Shown here: positions 1-8,517 of the stretch, piece after piece
How the letters are laid out: every line of letters starts with the position of its first letter
How positions within the stretch are numbered: the first letter of the stretch is position 1
NCBI GenBank assembly: GCA_965197725.1
Contig: CBDANQ010000058.1
Span: 84,496 to 148,495, forward strand
DNA from: Longimicrobiales bacterium
GTDB lineage: Bacteria; Gemmatimonadota; Gemmatimonadetes; Longimicrobiales; Gaopeijiaceae
DNA: 64,000 bases
Reading direction: 5' to 3'
The notes under the pieces: model-generated
What the model saw: only the letters and a program-made list of their open reading frames with translations
Database searches by the model: none
Told to the model about the DNA's origin: nothing
Program-made: the position numbers and the translations under genes

Positions 1-3
1 CCC

Positions 4-34
4 TTGCCCCGCTTTCGTGCATGAACATATGTTT
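4..34 (+). promoter_or_regulatory. Putative sigma70 promoter of ku overlapped by a palindromic operator-like site
   Basis: TTGCCC (4-9), 18-bp spacer, TATGTT (28-33); GAACATATGTTT at 23-34 contains the perfect palindrome AACATATGTT. Confidence 0.35.
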
Positions 35-42
35 TCCGCACC

Positions 43-918
43 ATGGCAGCGCGCGCAATCGGAACGTCAACCATCGCCTTCGGGCTGGTCTCCCTCCCCG
101 TGAAGATCTACTCGACGGGCGAGTCGTCTCGGAAAGTCTCCTTCAACATGATCTGGAAGGAGCGAGGCGTCCGCGTCCGGCAGCAGTACATCGACCCTGC
201 GGACGGCACGGTCGTGCCCAAAGAAGAGATCGTAAAGGGGTACGAGTTCGCGAAGGGGCAGTACGTGCTCTTCACGAAGGAAGAGCTCGAGGTCGTCGAG
301 GCTCCGAAGTCCGACGAGATCGAGATCGTCAGCTTCGTGCCCGCAGATACCGTGGGGCGCTTGTACTTCAACAAGGCGTACTACCTCGGGCCGGACAAGG
401 GCGGCGCGCGCGCGTATCGCCTGCTTTCCACGGCGCTGCGCAAGACCGAGCGCGTCGCGATCGCCAAGCACGCGACACGGGGTAAGCAGTATATCGTCAT
501 GATCCGCCCGCACGACGAAGGCCTGCTCCTGGAGCAGCTCTACTACGCGGAGGAGATCCGCCTCTTCGACGAGGTGCCACTCGAAGAAGGCGACGTGAAC
601 GAGGCCGAGCTCACCCTCGCGATCCAGTTGATCGACCAGGCAGCCAATGACGACTTCGACTCGACGCAGTTCAAGGACGAGGTGCGAGAGAAGACGCTCG
701 AGCTGATCCAGTCCAAGGTGGACGGGCAGGAGATCACCGCCGCGCCTGTCGAGGAATCGAAGACCCAGATCATCGATCTCATGGCCGCTCTCAAGGCCTC
801 CATCGAGGAGGACGAGGAGGAGCGCAAACCGGCGGCACGCGCCGGAAAGAAGAAGACCGCTGCCAAGAAGTCGTCGGGAGGCAAGAAGTCCACGCGCAAG
901 AGAGCCGCGTCGGGCTGA
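43..918 (+). CDS. ku: Non-homologous end joining protein Ku
   Basis: N-terminus ARAIGTSTIAFGLVSLPVKIY, IVKGYEF, YYLGPDKGGARAYRLL, IIDLMAALKAS, Lys/Arg-rich C-terminal tail. Confidence 0.97.
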   Translation: MAARAIGTSTIAFGLVSLPVKIYSTGESSRKVSFNMIWKERGVRVRQQYIDPADGTVVPKEEIVKGYEFAKGQYVLFTKEELEVVEAPKSDEIEIVSFVPADTVGRLYFNKAYYLGPDKGGARAYRLLSTALRKTERVAIAKHATRGKQYIVMIRPHDEGLLLEQLYYAEEIRLFDEVPLEEGDVNEAELTLAIQLIDQAANDDFDSTQFKDEVREKTLELIQSKVDGQEITAAPVEESKTQIIDLMAALKASIEEDEEERKPAARAGKKKTAAKKSSGGKKSTRKRAASG

Positions 919-940
919 TTCCCCCTCTGCCGCAGAGGGG

Positions 941-1783
941 ATGAAGGGCTACACGACCCGCGAGGTCGCGGAGGTCCTGGGTCTCTCTACCTCAAAGATT
1001 CTGTCCTGGACCAGGAGCGGACTGCTCACGCCCCAACGCGGCCCCCGCGGCGCGTATCTGTTCTCGTTCCAGGACATCGTGCTGCTGCGCACCGCACGTG
1101 ACCTGCTCGCCCAAGACGTGTCCGCGCGGCGCGTCCGCGAGGCGCTCGAGGCACTGCGGGAACAGCTCCCTGTGGGACGCCCGCTCAGCGCGGTGCACGT
1201 CTCGGCTGCCGGAGACCGAATCCTCGTGCAGGATGACGACGCTGTCTGGGAGCCGAACTCCGGCCAACTACAGATCGACTTCGATGCGGCCGACGTAGCG
1301 GAGAAGGCGGCGCCGGTGGCCCGCCGAGCATTGGAGGCGCGCGCCAACCAGGACAGCATGAGCGCCGACGACTGGTTCAACACCGCGCTGGACCTCGAAG
1401 CAGTGACCAGCGACGAGGCGATCGCTGCCTACCAGAAGGCACTCACCCTGGAAGCCGACCACGGCGACGCGCACTTGAACCTAGGTCGGCTCCTGCACGA
1501 AGGCGGGCAGGTCCGGGAAGCCGAGTCGCACTACCGCAGCGCTACCGACGCCGACCCTGACAGCAGCCGCGCCTTCTACAACTTGGGCGTGGCACTCGAC
1601 GATCAGGGACTACGATCGGGCGCGATCGAGGCGTACCAGGCCGCGCTACGGCTCGACGCGGACCTGGCCGTCGCGCACTTCAACCTGTCGCGGCTCTTCG
1701 AGGCGGAGGGGCGGCGGCCGGACGCTCTCCAGCACCTCGCCCAGTACAAGCGGCTCATTGAGCGCGGGGGTCTAGGAGCCTAG
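941..1783 (+). CDS. MerR-type HTH plus TPR repeat protein
   Basis: YTTREVAEVLGLS...YLFSFQDIVLLR is MerR-like; the C-terminal half has TPRs (AHLNLGRLL, AFYNLGVAL, AHFNLSRLF). Confidence 0.85.
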   Translation: MKGYTTREVAEVLGLSTSKILSWTRSGLLTPQRGPRGAYLFSFQDIVLLRTARDLLAQDVSARRVREALEALREQLPVGRPLSAVHVSAAGDRILVQDDDAVWEPNSGQLQIDFDAADVAEKAAPVARRALEARANQDSMSADDWFNTALDLEAVTSDEAIAAYQKALTLEADHGDAHLNLGRLLHEGGQVREAESHYRSATDADPDSSRAFYNLGVALDDQGLRSGAIEAYQAALRLDADLAVAHFNLSRLFEAEGRRPDALQHLAQYKRLIERGGLGA

Positions 1784-3201
1784 CAGTCCGTGGAAGAAAT
1801 AGGTTCCCAGCGGATGATGGGTGGGAGAGAAGGCAGACACGCGGGGGCTGTGTTGTTGTGCAAGAAGCGGGTTTTGGGGTCTGACGAGGCGATATTCGGC
1901 CCAAGGAAGGCGAAATAGCGCCGAATACGGCGGAAAAAGCGCGAGACGCGGGTTGTAACCTGAGTTGCGAGCGCAGCTTGTACGGTAGCGAGGCCCTGTA
2001 ACGCACGGGGGGTTCCAACCCCGAACCGCTTGCGCATGAGAAGGCCGAGGTTGAAGGCCGCCGCGTGGATCAACATCCGTTTTCGAATCTCCTCCTGGCC
2101 CCGTATGTGGACGCGACGCAGCCCTCCGGTCACAAGCAAGTGCGCAAACCCCCGCTCCACCTTCTCGCCGCGCTGGCGCAGCAGCCGCATCCCCCGGTTG
2201 CCGCGGATCCGGCGGCGGTTGTCGTAGGTCGGCGTCTGCGCGTCCCGGTTGTTCTTCCATTTCCGGCGCCCGCGGTTGGGCTCGCTCACATAGCTGCGCA
2301 GCTCCCGCTCCTTCACGCCCGTCATGGTCTTGTTCGAGTGGTAGCCTTTGTCGGCCACCACTTCCTCGGGCTCTACCTGCACTACTTCCAGCTGCCGCTC
2401 TGCCTCGTCCAGCGTGTTGGGCAGCGACGCCACATCTCCCCCGTCCATCGTCTGCACCGTCACCGCCACAAGCGCACCGGTCTCCATGTCGACCGCCTGC
2501 TCCAACTTGTGCGCCAGGCGCGTCCTGCCGTCCTTCATCTTCGTGATCCGCGCCTCCGGGTCGTGCGGATGCACCCAGTCCTTGTTCGAGCCCTTCTTCG
2601 GACGCTTCCGGTCCAGCGTCGTCAGATCCTTGCGCGTCGGCGTCTCGATCCCCGACGCCCGGGCCACCTGCTCCAGCCATTCATCGTAGCCCAACCCGTC
2701 GTCGCGCCGCACGATCGTGCGCATCGCCGCATTCGCCTCCAGCGTCGTCGAGTCGACGCCCAGCGTCTTGCCGCTCAGCAACCCCGACCCCTTCAGCAGC
2801 TCCAGCACCCGCCCGAACACCGCCGCGTGCGCTTCCACGCTCAGGCGCTTGCGCGTCTTCGACAGGGTCGAATGCTCCGGCGGGTTCTTCGCCCACCCGT
2901 ATCCCAGAAACTCACGCAACGACAACGAGTCCCCACACCGCCAGGCAATGCCCCGCTCCGAGCCGATCCCTTCCAGGTAGCCCACCATCATCATTCGGAA
3001 ATACACCCCGGGAGCAATCCCCGGCCGACCCCGATTGTCCGCGTAGAACTCACGGCATGCCTCTTCCGCGAACTCGTCAAACCCGCTTTTCGCCAGAAGC
3101 TCGTTCAAGGCCCGGTAGAACGGGTTGTCCAAGGCCCGAATCTCGCTCGCCACCACGAACATCTCGCCCTGCCGAGCCTCGGGCCGCTTGCCTACCGCCA
3201 T
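1780..3201 (-). CDS. DDE transposase (DUF772-like N-terminus plus DDE core)
   Basis: GRPGIAPGVYFRM, SERGIAWR, PEHSTLSKTR, GVDSTTLEANA, VVADKGY, KVERGFAH; ATG 3201 lies inside the IS; the stop is the TAG of the target duplication. Confidence 0.9.
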   Translation of the reverse strand: MAVGKRPEARQGEMFVVASEIRALDNPFYRALNELLAKSGFDEFAEEACREFYADNRGRPGIAPGVYFRMMMVGYLEGIGSERGIAWRCGDSLSLREFLGYGWAKNPPEHSTLSKTRKRLSVEAHAAVFGRVLELLKGSGLLSGKTLGVDSTTLEANAAMRTIVRRDDGLGYDEWLEQVARASGIETPTRKDLTTLDRKRPKKGSNKDWVHPHDPEARITKMKDGRTRLAHKLEQAVDMETGALVAVTVQTMDGGDVASLPNTLDEAERQLEVVQVEPEEVVADKGYHSNKTMTGVKERELRSYVSEPNRGRRKWKNNRDAQTPTYDNRRRIRGNRGMRLLRQRGEKVERGFAHLLVTGGLRRVHIRGQEEIRKRMLIHAAAFNLGLLMRKRFGVGTPRALQGLATVQAALATQVTTRVSRFFRRIRRYFAFLGPNIASSDPKTRFLHNNTAPACLPSLPPIIRWEPISSTDC

Positions 3202-3278
3202 CGCCGTCCTCGCTGCAAAAACCCTCGTGTCCTCCTGATTTAACACAACAGCGATGACCGGACTTGATCCACGGTCTG
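1784..3278 (-). mobile_element. Insertion sequence (IS1182/IS5-like), copy 1, 1495 bp
   Basis: Terminal IRs CAGTCCGTGGA / TCCACGGTCTG; CTAG direct repeats at 1780-1783 and 3279-3282; near-identical copy at 35583-37081. Confidence 0.95.
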
Positions 3279-3785
3279 CTAGGCGTCCTCCCGCAACGCC
3301 ATCACCTTCTCCGCCGGACCGAGCAGGCCGAGCGACTTTCGGATCGCGCCGAGTGCGCCCAGATGGTATCCCTCGTGCCAAGCGAAAAAGACGACCTGGT
3401 CGCGCAGAGACCTCTCGTCGTGGGCTCCACCCTCGGAGACGTAGTCAAGATCTTCCTCGGACTTCGATGCGAGCGCGTTCCGGAAGTCGTCACCAACTGA
3501 TTGCCACGCCTCGCGCAACTCCGCGACCGACGGATAGTCGCTGCCGTCGGTGGCGGCGGCGTTGCCGAACTTCTCGTCGTACGGGTTCTCCCGTTCCTCG
3601 CCGAGCAGGTTCACCACGTAGATCCGGTAGTGCAGAAGGTGACCAACCGTCCACACGATCGAAGGGCCTTCCTCACCGCGTGATCGCTTCCGCGCGTCCT
3701 CGTCGCTCAGGTCGTCCAAGACCAGCGGCATGAGGAAGTCGGTCATCCCGTACAGTCCCATGAGCGCTTTGACACTGCCTGTCAT
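3279..3785 (-). CDS. DinB/YfiT-family putative metalloenzyme
   Basis: WTVGHL and AWHEGYHLG His pattern in a helical 168-aa protein; AGGAGG RBS. Confidence 0.8.
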   Translation of the reverse strand: MTGSVKALMGLYGMTDFLMPLVLDDLSDEDARKRSRGEEGPSIVWTVGHLLHYRIYVVNLLGEERENPYDEKFGNAAATDGSDYPSVAELREAWQSVGDDFRNALASKSEEDLDYVSEGGAHDERSLRDQVVFFAWHEGYHLGALGAIRKSLGLLGPAEKVMALREDA

Positions 3786-3814
3786 GTCCAGCCTCCTGTC
3801 ATGTCCAGCCTCCT
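3778..3814. repeat. 17-bp tandem duplication covering the DinB RBS and start codon
   Basis: CCTGTCATGTCCAGCCT twice (3778-3794, 3795-3811). Confidence 0.9.
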
Positions 3815-3827
3815 CGCTTGTCAGTCC

Positions 3828-5372
3828 CTACTTGACCCCAACCGTGAGCTTCTTCACGAACGGGCTTGCCATCAACGCGAAGACCGTGATTCCGCCGGTG
3901 ATCATCGTGACGGTCCGGAACAAGTCACCGAACGCCATCGTTTCGACGCGCCCACCCACGAGGCCCGCGAACACATTGCCCAGCGCAGCGCCCACGAACC
4001 AGATCCCCATCATCTGACCGACGCGCCGTTCCGGCGACAGCTTCGTGATGGCCGAAAGTCCGATCGGGGAGATGCACAGCTCACCGACGGTGTGCAGGAA
4101 GTAGGTGACTACCAGCCACGCGGGCGACACCAGATCGCCGTTCGACGCGTTCGCGGCGCCCCATGCCATGACGAAGAAGCCCGCGCTGAGCCCCACGAGG
4201 CCGAGCCCCGCCTTCAGCGGAAGCGACGGGTTCTTTTGGCGGCTGTCGAGCCACACCCAGACCATACCGAACACGGGCGCTAACAAGATGATGAAGCCCG
4301 CGTTCACCGTCTGGAACCACGACACCGGCAATTCGTCGGGCCCGATATTCGTGAACGGGATCTTGAGCGCGAAATCCCTGAAGGTGGCGTCCCGGGCGAA
4401 GAGGGTGAACGACGTGCCAGCCTGCTCGAAGCCGGCCCAGAAGACGGCGATCAAGAGGAAGAGCCAGAAGATGACCGCCATCCTCTTGTTCTCTTCAACG
4501 GTGTGCCCACCCCAGGTCCATATGTACAGGAAGTAGAGCGCGACCATGATGAGCACGCCGGTCCCCAACCATGTTGTGATCTGGGTGAGCGTCACCGGAA
4601 TCGTCCCGTTCGATACGAGCAGCCCGAACAGCGCGATCACGGCGACCACGCCGAAGAACGTCCCGAAGAACTCCCTCTCCTTCGCGGCTACCCGATCCGG
4701 AGTGTCATCGGTCTTGAGCTTGCCGATGTCGCCGAGCCTCTCCATGCCAGTGCGGTACTGAGTGAGGCCGATGACCATGCCCACACCGGCCGCGCCGAAG
4801 CCCCAGTGCCAGTTGTATCCCTCAGCGAGCCAGCCAGTGACGAGCGGACCGAGGAGCGCGCCGAGGTTGATCCCCATGTAGAAGACCGAGAAGCCCGCGT
4901 CCCGACGCGCCCCACCCTCCGGATAGAGCTCTCCAACGACAGTGCTGACGTTCGGCTTGAGCAGCCCCGTCCCACAGATAATGAAGACGAGCCCGAGGAA
5001 GAACGTGAACGTGCTCGGGATCGCCATCGTGAAGTGGCCCGCGGCGATGATCCAGCCACCGACCCAGATGGCCTTGCGCTGACCCCATAGGTTGTCGGCG
5101 ACCCAACCACCCGGCAGCGCGAGGATGTACACCAGGCCGGTGTACAGACCGTAGATCGCTCCCGCCGTCGCGACGTCGTACCCCAGGCCGGGATTGGTAC
5201 CAATTGTGGCGGTCGTCATGAAAAGCGTGAGCAACGCGCGCATGCCGTAGTACGAAAAGCGCTCCCACATCTCGGTGAAGAAGAGCGTCGACAGACCCTG
5301 TGGATGCCCGAAGAAGGTCTTTTGGCCGAGGTCCGGATGCTGTGGTCCTCCGATTGCGGTCCCGGTGCTCAA
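3828..5372 (-). CDS. Proton-dependent oligopeptide transporter (POT/PTR family MFS)
   Basis: FFTEMWERFSYYGMR (ExxERFxYY), GTGLLKPN, FYMGINLG, GELCISPIGLS; many TM helices; TTG start. Confidence 0.95.
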   Translation of the reverse strand: MSTGTAIGGPQHPDLGQKTFFGHPQGLSTLFFTEMWERFSYYGMRALLTLFMTTATIGTNPGLGYDVATAGAIYGLYTGLVYILALPGGWVADNLWGQRKAIWVGGWIIAAGHFTMAIPSTFTFFLGLVFIICGTGLLKPNVSTVVGELYPEGGARRDAGFSVFYMGINLGALLGPLVTGWLAEGYNWHWGFGAAGVGMVIGLTQYRTGMERLGDIGKLKTDDTPDRVAAKEREFFGTFFGVVAVIALFGLLVSNGTIPVTLTQITTWLGTGVLIMVALYFLYIWTWGGHTVEENKRMAVIFWLFLLIAVFWAGFEQAGTSFTLFARDATFRDFALKIPFTNIGPDELPVSWFQTVNAGFIILLAPVFGMVWVWLDSRQKNPSLPLKAGLGLVGLSAGFFVMAWGAANASNGDLVSPAWLVVTYFLHTVGELCISPIGLSAITKLSPERRVGQMMGIWFVGAALGNVFAGLVGGRVETMAFGDLFRTVTMITGGITVFALMASPFVKKLTVGVK

Positions 5373-5720
5373 ATCGGTCTCCCGTAGTCTGATTTCAGTC
5401 TGAAACGGCCGCTAACGTAAGGGCCACGCCATGCAGCACGCCAACCACTCCAAACCATTTGACGCTTCCCGCTGTCAAAGATCGCACTCCACTTGTTCTT
5501 CGAGAGGAACCGCGCTCCGCGGGCGAGCGGCAACTCGGGATCGAGCGGGACCAGTGGGCCCGGCTATCGCTGGCGGTCGATCGAATCATGGGGACGGCGT
5601 GAGGCGAGGAGAGAGCGCTTCTTACGCTGATGGCACCCGTGGCGGCTGTCTCGCGTAGGACTAGTAGTGGAGCCTCGACTTCACGCACCGTCGGTCACAA
5701 GCTCATTTGGAGAGAACCCC

Positions 5721-5897
5721 ATGGCAGGCATCGTCGAGTTCCTTCTGGCGAACCCGCTCTTCCTCATCCCTCTGCTGCTCTTGGCAGCGGTGATGCTCTA
5801 CGCACTCTTGAAGAAGCTGCTCAAGATGGCCGCGATCGTTGTGATCGCAGGAGCGCTCTACATGATACTCGTGGAGTACTTCGGGGCGGGATTATAG
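5721..5897 (+). CDS. Small two-helix membrane protein
   Basis: GGAGAG RBS then MAGIVEFLLANPLFLIPLLLL..., 58 aa, hydrophobic-KK-hydrophobic pattern. Confidence 0.7.
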   Translation: MAGIVEFLLANPLFLIPLLLLAAVMLYALLKKLLKMAAIVVIAGALYMILVEYFGAGL

Positions 5898-5931
5898 GAA
5901 ATAGTGGCCCGCCACCCACCGGAATAGCTTT

Positions 5932-6792
5932 CTAGAAGATCAGCCTCCGCTGGATGTTGAATCCGGCCCGCCACTCACCGGGCGTAAATTCAAGCTCCGT
6001 GCCGCCGAGGACCTGCGTCGGATTCAGGCTCCGTTGGTTGGATAACACCACTTTGAAAAAGTGCCCGCGGGTCTCGATCTCGATACCAAACGACCCGCTG
6101 TCGTGGGCCTGCGCTGCGCCCCGGTCCTCGCTGATGATCCACTCGCCCAGGAAGCTCACCCTGTCCGAGAGGTAGAGCTGGCCATGCAGACCGAGCACGA
6201 ATACGGTCTCTGAGTCAGCATCCTCGATGGTGGGATTGCGGAGGACCGTAGGCACGACCCCCACGGCTAGGCGCTCGCCCAACAGCGTGTTAAACATCAG
6301 CTGGGCGTAGTGCTGAGATTCGTTGTCGTCGGCGCCCGCGCCGGTAGGCGCTTCGGTGTTCCAGGCGATGCCACCCATCAAGCCGATCATCACCGGCACC
6401 GCGTCGGAGCCTCCTTCGAAGACCCGCGCCTTCGCGTTCAGCTCGACGTTGTCGCTGAAGTTCGAGCGCAGCACGCCAAGCATCACACGATCGGACGCGG
6501 CGTACGCGAGCCCCAGCCGGTTTCTCACCGGTCCGTCGAAGCCCCACAGCACGTCCGCCCCGTTCGCCACGGGTGGGAAAAACCGATGAGATATCTCGAA
6601 GAGCCACCGTCCCTTCTGCAGCGTCTCCGCTGTTGGGAGATTAGCGGACTGGGGCGAGTGGAAGATGATCTGGGCGTGCACAGTGGACCGCGCGTCCGCC
6701 AGCAGCAGGACCGCCAGCAGTACTCCGATCGTGACGGCCGAGGACTTGCCGACTCGAGCCGCCACGATCGTTTTCCTGTCGAATCTAGTCAT
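5932..6792 (-). CDS. DUF5777-like outer-membrane beta-barrel protein
   Basis: Signal peptide ending VHAQ; QSANLPTAETL...FEISHRF, IETRGHFFK, C-terminal GFNIQRRLIF. Confidence 0.75.
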   Translation of the reverse strand: MTRFDRKTIVAARVGKSSAVTIGVLLAVLLLADARSTVHAQIIFHSPQSANLPTAETLQKGRWLFEISHRFFPPVANGADVLWGFDGPVRNRLGLAYAASDRVMLGVLRSNFSDNVELNAKARVFEGGSDAVPVMIGLMGGIAWNTEAPTGAGADDNESQHYAQLMFNTLLGERLAVGVVPTVLRNPTIEDADSETVFVLGLHGQLYLSDRVSFLGEWIISEDRGAAQAHDSGSFGIEIETRGHFFKVVLSNQRSLNPTQVLGGTELEFTPGEWRAGFNIQRRLIF

Positions 6793-6850
6793 GCGCCGCT
6801 CCAGTGTTGATCCAGTTCTTGATGTTCGTGAGGTCGATATTGTCCAACGG
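6785..6850 (-). pseudogene. C-terminal stub of a cytochrome c-like domain gene
   Basis: Reads PLDNIDLTNIKNWINTGAAHD* (IxxWIxxGA helix); its end overlaps the DUF5777 start; an in-frame TGA lies immediately upstream. Confidence 0.5.
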
Positions 6851-7130
6851 TCACCGCGTGCTCCGGGAATCGGAAGAGGACTACCTACAAGACCTAGGAC
6901 GATCAAGCAGCTGCGGCACCCACACCAGGTCAAGATGGCGGTGATCGCGGGCACGCTGTTCTTGCGTAGGCGACACACCGGCTTGCTGTCGTGAACGCTT
7001 AGGACCTCCGACGCGGTCTTTCCGACTTCCAGGTCCAGCTTCATCCCACCCACCTCCTTCAACATGCTTCGAGGTCCTCGGATCGATCGGCCCCGCATTA
7101 GCGTCTCCTTGCTGAAGCGATGGATGCACG

Positions 7131-7313
7131 ACAATCATCCGGGTAGTGCGTCGCCGCCGCCACCGCCCCCAACACTTTCGTGAGATGAGCACGGAAACGC
7201 TGAAGTCCTTGGTCGAGGACACGCGTCTTCGTTCGACGGTGTATCACCATGCGCTCGGGGTCGTCGGAGAGATCACGCGGTGGAACTTCCCGATGTCGAT
7301 GCCGGTTTAGATG
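7131..7313 (+). pseudogene. Internally deleted relic of the aldehyde dehydrogenase gene at 55568
   Basis: 7131-7209 matches 55514-55592 (UTR and start) and 7210-7313 matches about 55890-55993; ORF 7185-7310 reads MSTETLKS|LVEDTRLRSTVYHHALGVVGEITRWNFPMSMPV*. Confidence 0.85.
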
Positions 7314-7356
7314 AGCGTACCATCGAACGACGACCCGTTATCCGGAACATGAATAC

Positions 7357-8517
7357 GTGAACACTTTGAATCTCGCCCGGCGATTGAACCACGCGGCGGC
7401 TGGCAGGCTCCTCCGCTGGCTTCTGCCGGGAGCGGCTCTGCTCGTGGCATGCGGCGACGGCCGCGTGGCTGGAGACCTGGGACCGGGTGACCCGACCGGA
7501 CCGGGTGACCCGACCGGCACGAGCGACCCGACCAGCCAATGCGTGATCCCCATCGACCAGCTCTTTGACGGAGGCCCGGGCAAAGACGGCATCCCCGCGC
7601 TCACCGATCCCACTCTCGTGCCCGTCGGGGATCCGCAAGCGGAGTACCTGAGCGACCAGGCCCGTGTAATCGGCGTCGAGATCGGAGGCGAGGTGATCGC
7701 CATTCCGCACAACGTCGGCTGGTGGCACGAAATCGTGAATCTGAACGTTGGCGGACGGCAGATCGCCGTGACCTACTGTCCGCTGACAGGCTCAAGCATC
7801 GCGTTCGACCGCTCCGACGTGGGTGGCGCGGAGTTCGGGGTCTCCGGCCTGCTTTACCAAAACAACCTGGTCATGTACGACCGGCGTACGGAAGAATCGC
7901 TCTGGCCGCAGATGCTTCGGCAGGGAGCGTGCGGGCCGTCCGCAAGCGCCCCGCTGAGCCTCTACCCCGTGGTAGAGATGACCTGGGAGGGGTGGCACAC
8001 GCTACATCCCGAGACCACAGTCGTTGGCGGTAGCCCCACCTCGTATAACCGCTACCCCTACGGTAACTATGAAGATCTGAACAACCCCAACACGCTGTTC
8101 CCCATGCCGTCGGCCATCGACTCTCGGCGGCCACCGAAGGAGCGCGTGCTGGGGATCGTGCGCTCGAATAAGGGCGGTATCGCCTTCCCGTTCGGGGTCC
8201 TGCAGTCGGCGGGGTCGCTCGTGGTGGCCGATGCGGGATTCCACAATAGTCGGCCCGTCGTCGTCTTCTGGGATGAGAGTCGCCAGGCCGCGGCCGCGTT
8301 CTATGCCACCGTGGGAAACGAGGTGCTACAGTTCACGGTGGAGGACCGTCAGATCGTCGACGTGGGGACCCGCAGCGTCTGGCATGTGGGTGGCGTCGCG
8401 GTGGAGGGGTCCCTGGCTGGCCAGCGCCTGGAGCCGGTAGCCGAGGCGTACGTTGCGTTCTGGTTCGCCTGGGCAGCGTTCCAGCCCGATGGGGACATCT
8501 GGGCGCCCGGGCTGTGA
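7357..8517 (+). CDS. DUF3179-family lipoprotein (putative redox protein)
   Basis: Lipobox LVAC; GGPGKDGIPAL, HEIVN, VTYCPLTGS, FGVSGLLYQNNLVMYDRRTEESLWPQ, AFWFAWAAF; GPGDPT linker repeat (18 bp x3, 7480-7533). Confidence 0.85.
   Translation: MNTLNLARRLNHAAAGRLLRWLLPGAALLVACGDGRVAGDLGPGDPTGPGDPTGTSDPTSQCVIPIDQLFDGGPGKDGIPALTDPTLVPVGDPQAEYLSDQARVIGVEIGGEVIAIPHNVGWWHEIVNLNVGGRQIAVTYCPLTGSSIAFDRSDVGGAEFGVSGLLYQNNLVMYDRRTEESLWPQMLRQGACGPSASAPLSLYPVVEMTWEGWHTLHPETTVVGGSPTSYNRYPYGNYEDLNNPNTLFPMPSAIDSRRPPKERVLGIVRSNKGGIAFPFGVLQSAGSLVVADAGFHNSRPVVVFWDESRQAAAAFYATVGNEVLQFTVEDRQIVDVGTRSVWHVGGVAVEGSLAGQRLEPVAEAYVAFWFAWAAFQPDGDIWAPGL

Noticed and set aside
2065..3243. Long antisense or alternate-frame ORFs (also 35868-37046, 11223-12422, 38580-39830, 43911-45092, 47690-48907)
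   Set aside because: They are shadows of well-supported genes in GC-rich DNA, with no recognisable motifs
3202..3381. ORF-track N-terminal extensions (transposase from 3381; likewise 7134, 17613, 18826, 37805, 37938, 55265)
   Set aside because: They cross IS ends, neighbouring genes or relics; internal starts with an RBS or signal peptide fit better
7357..8517. Selenoprotein form of DUF3179
   Set aside because: The motif is CPLT encoded by TGT, with no in-frame TGA
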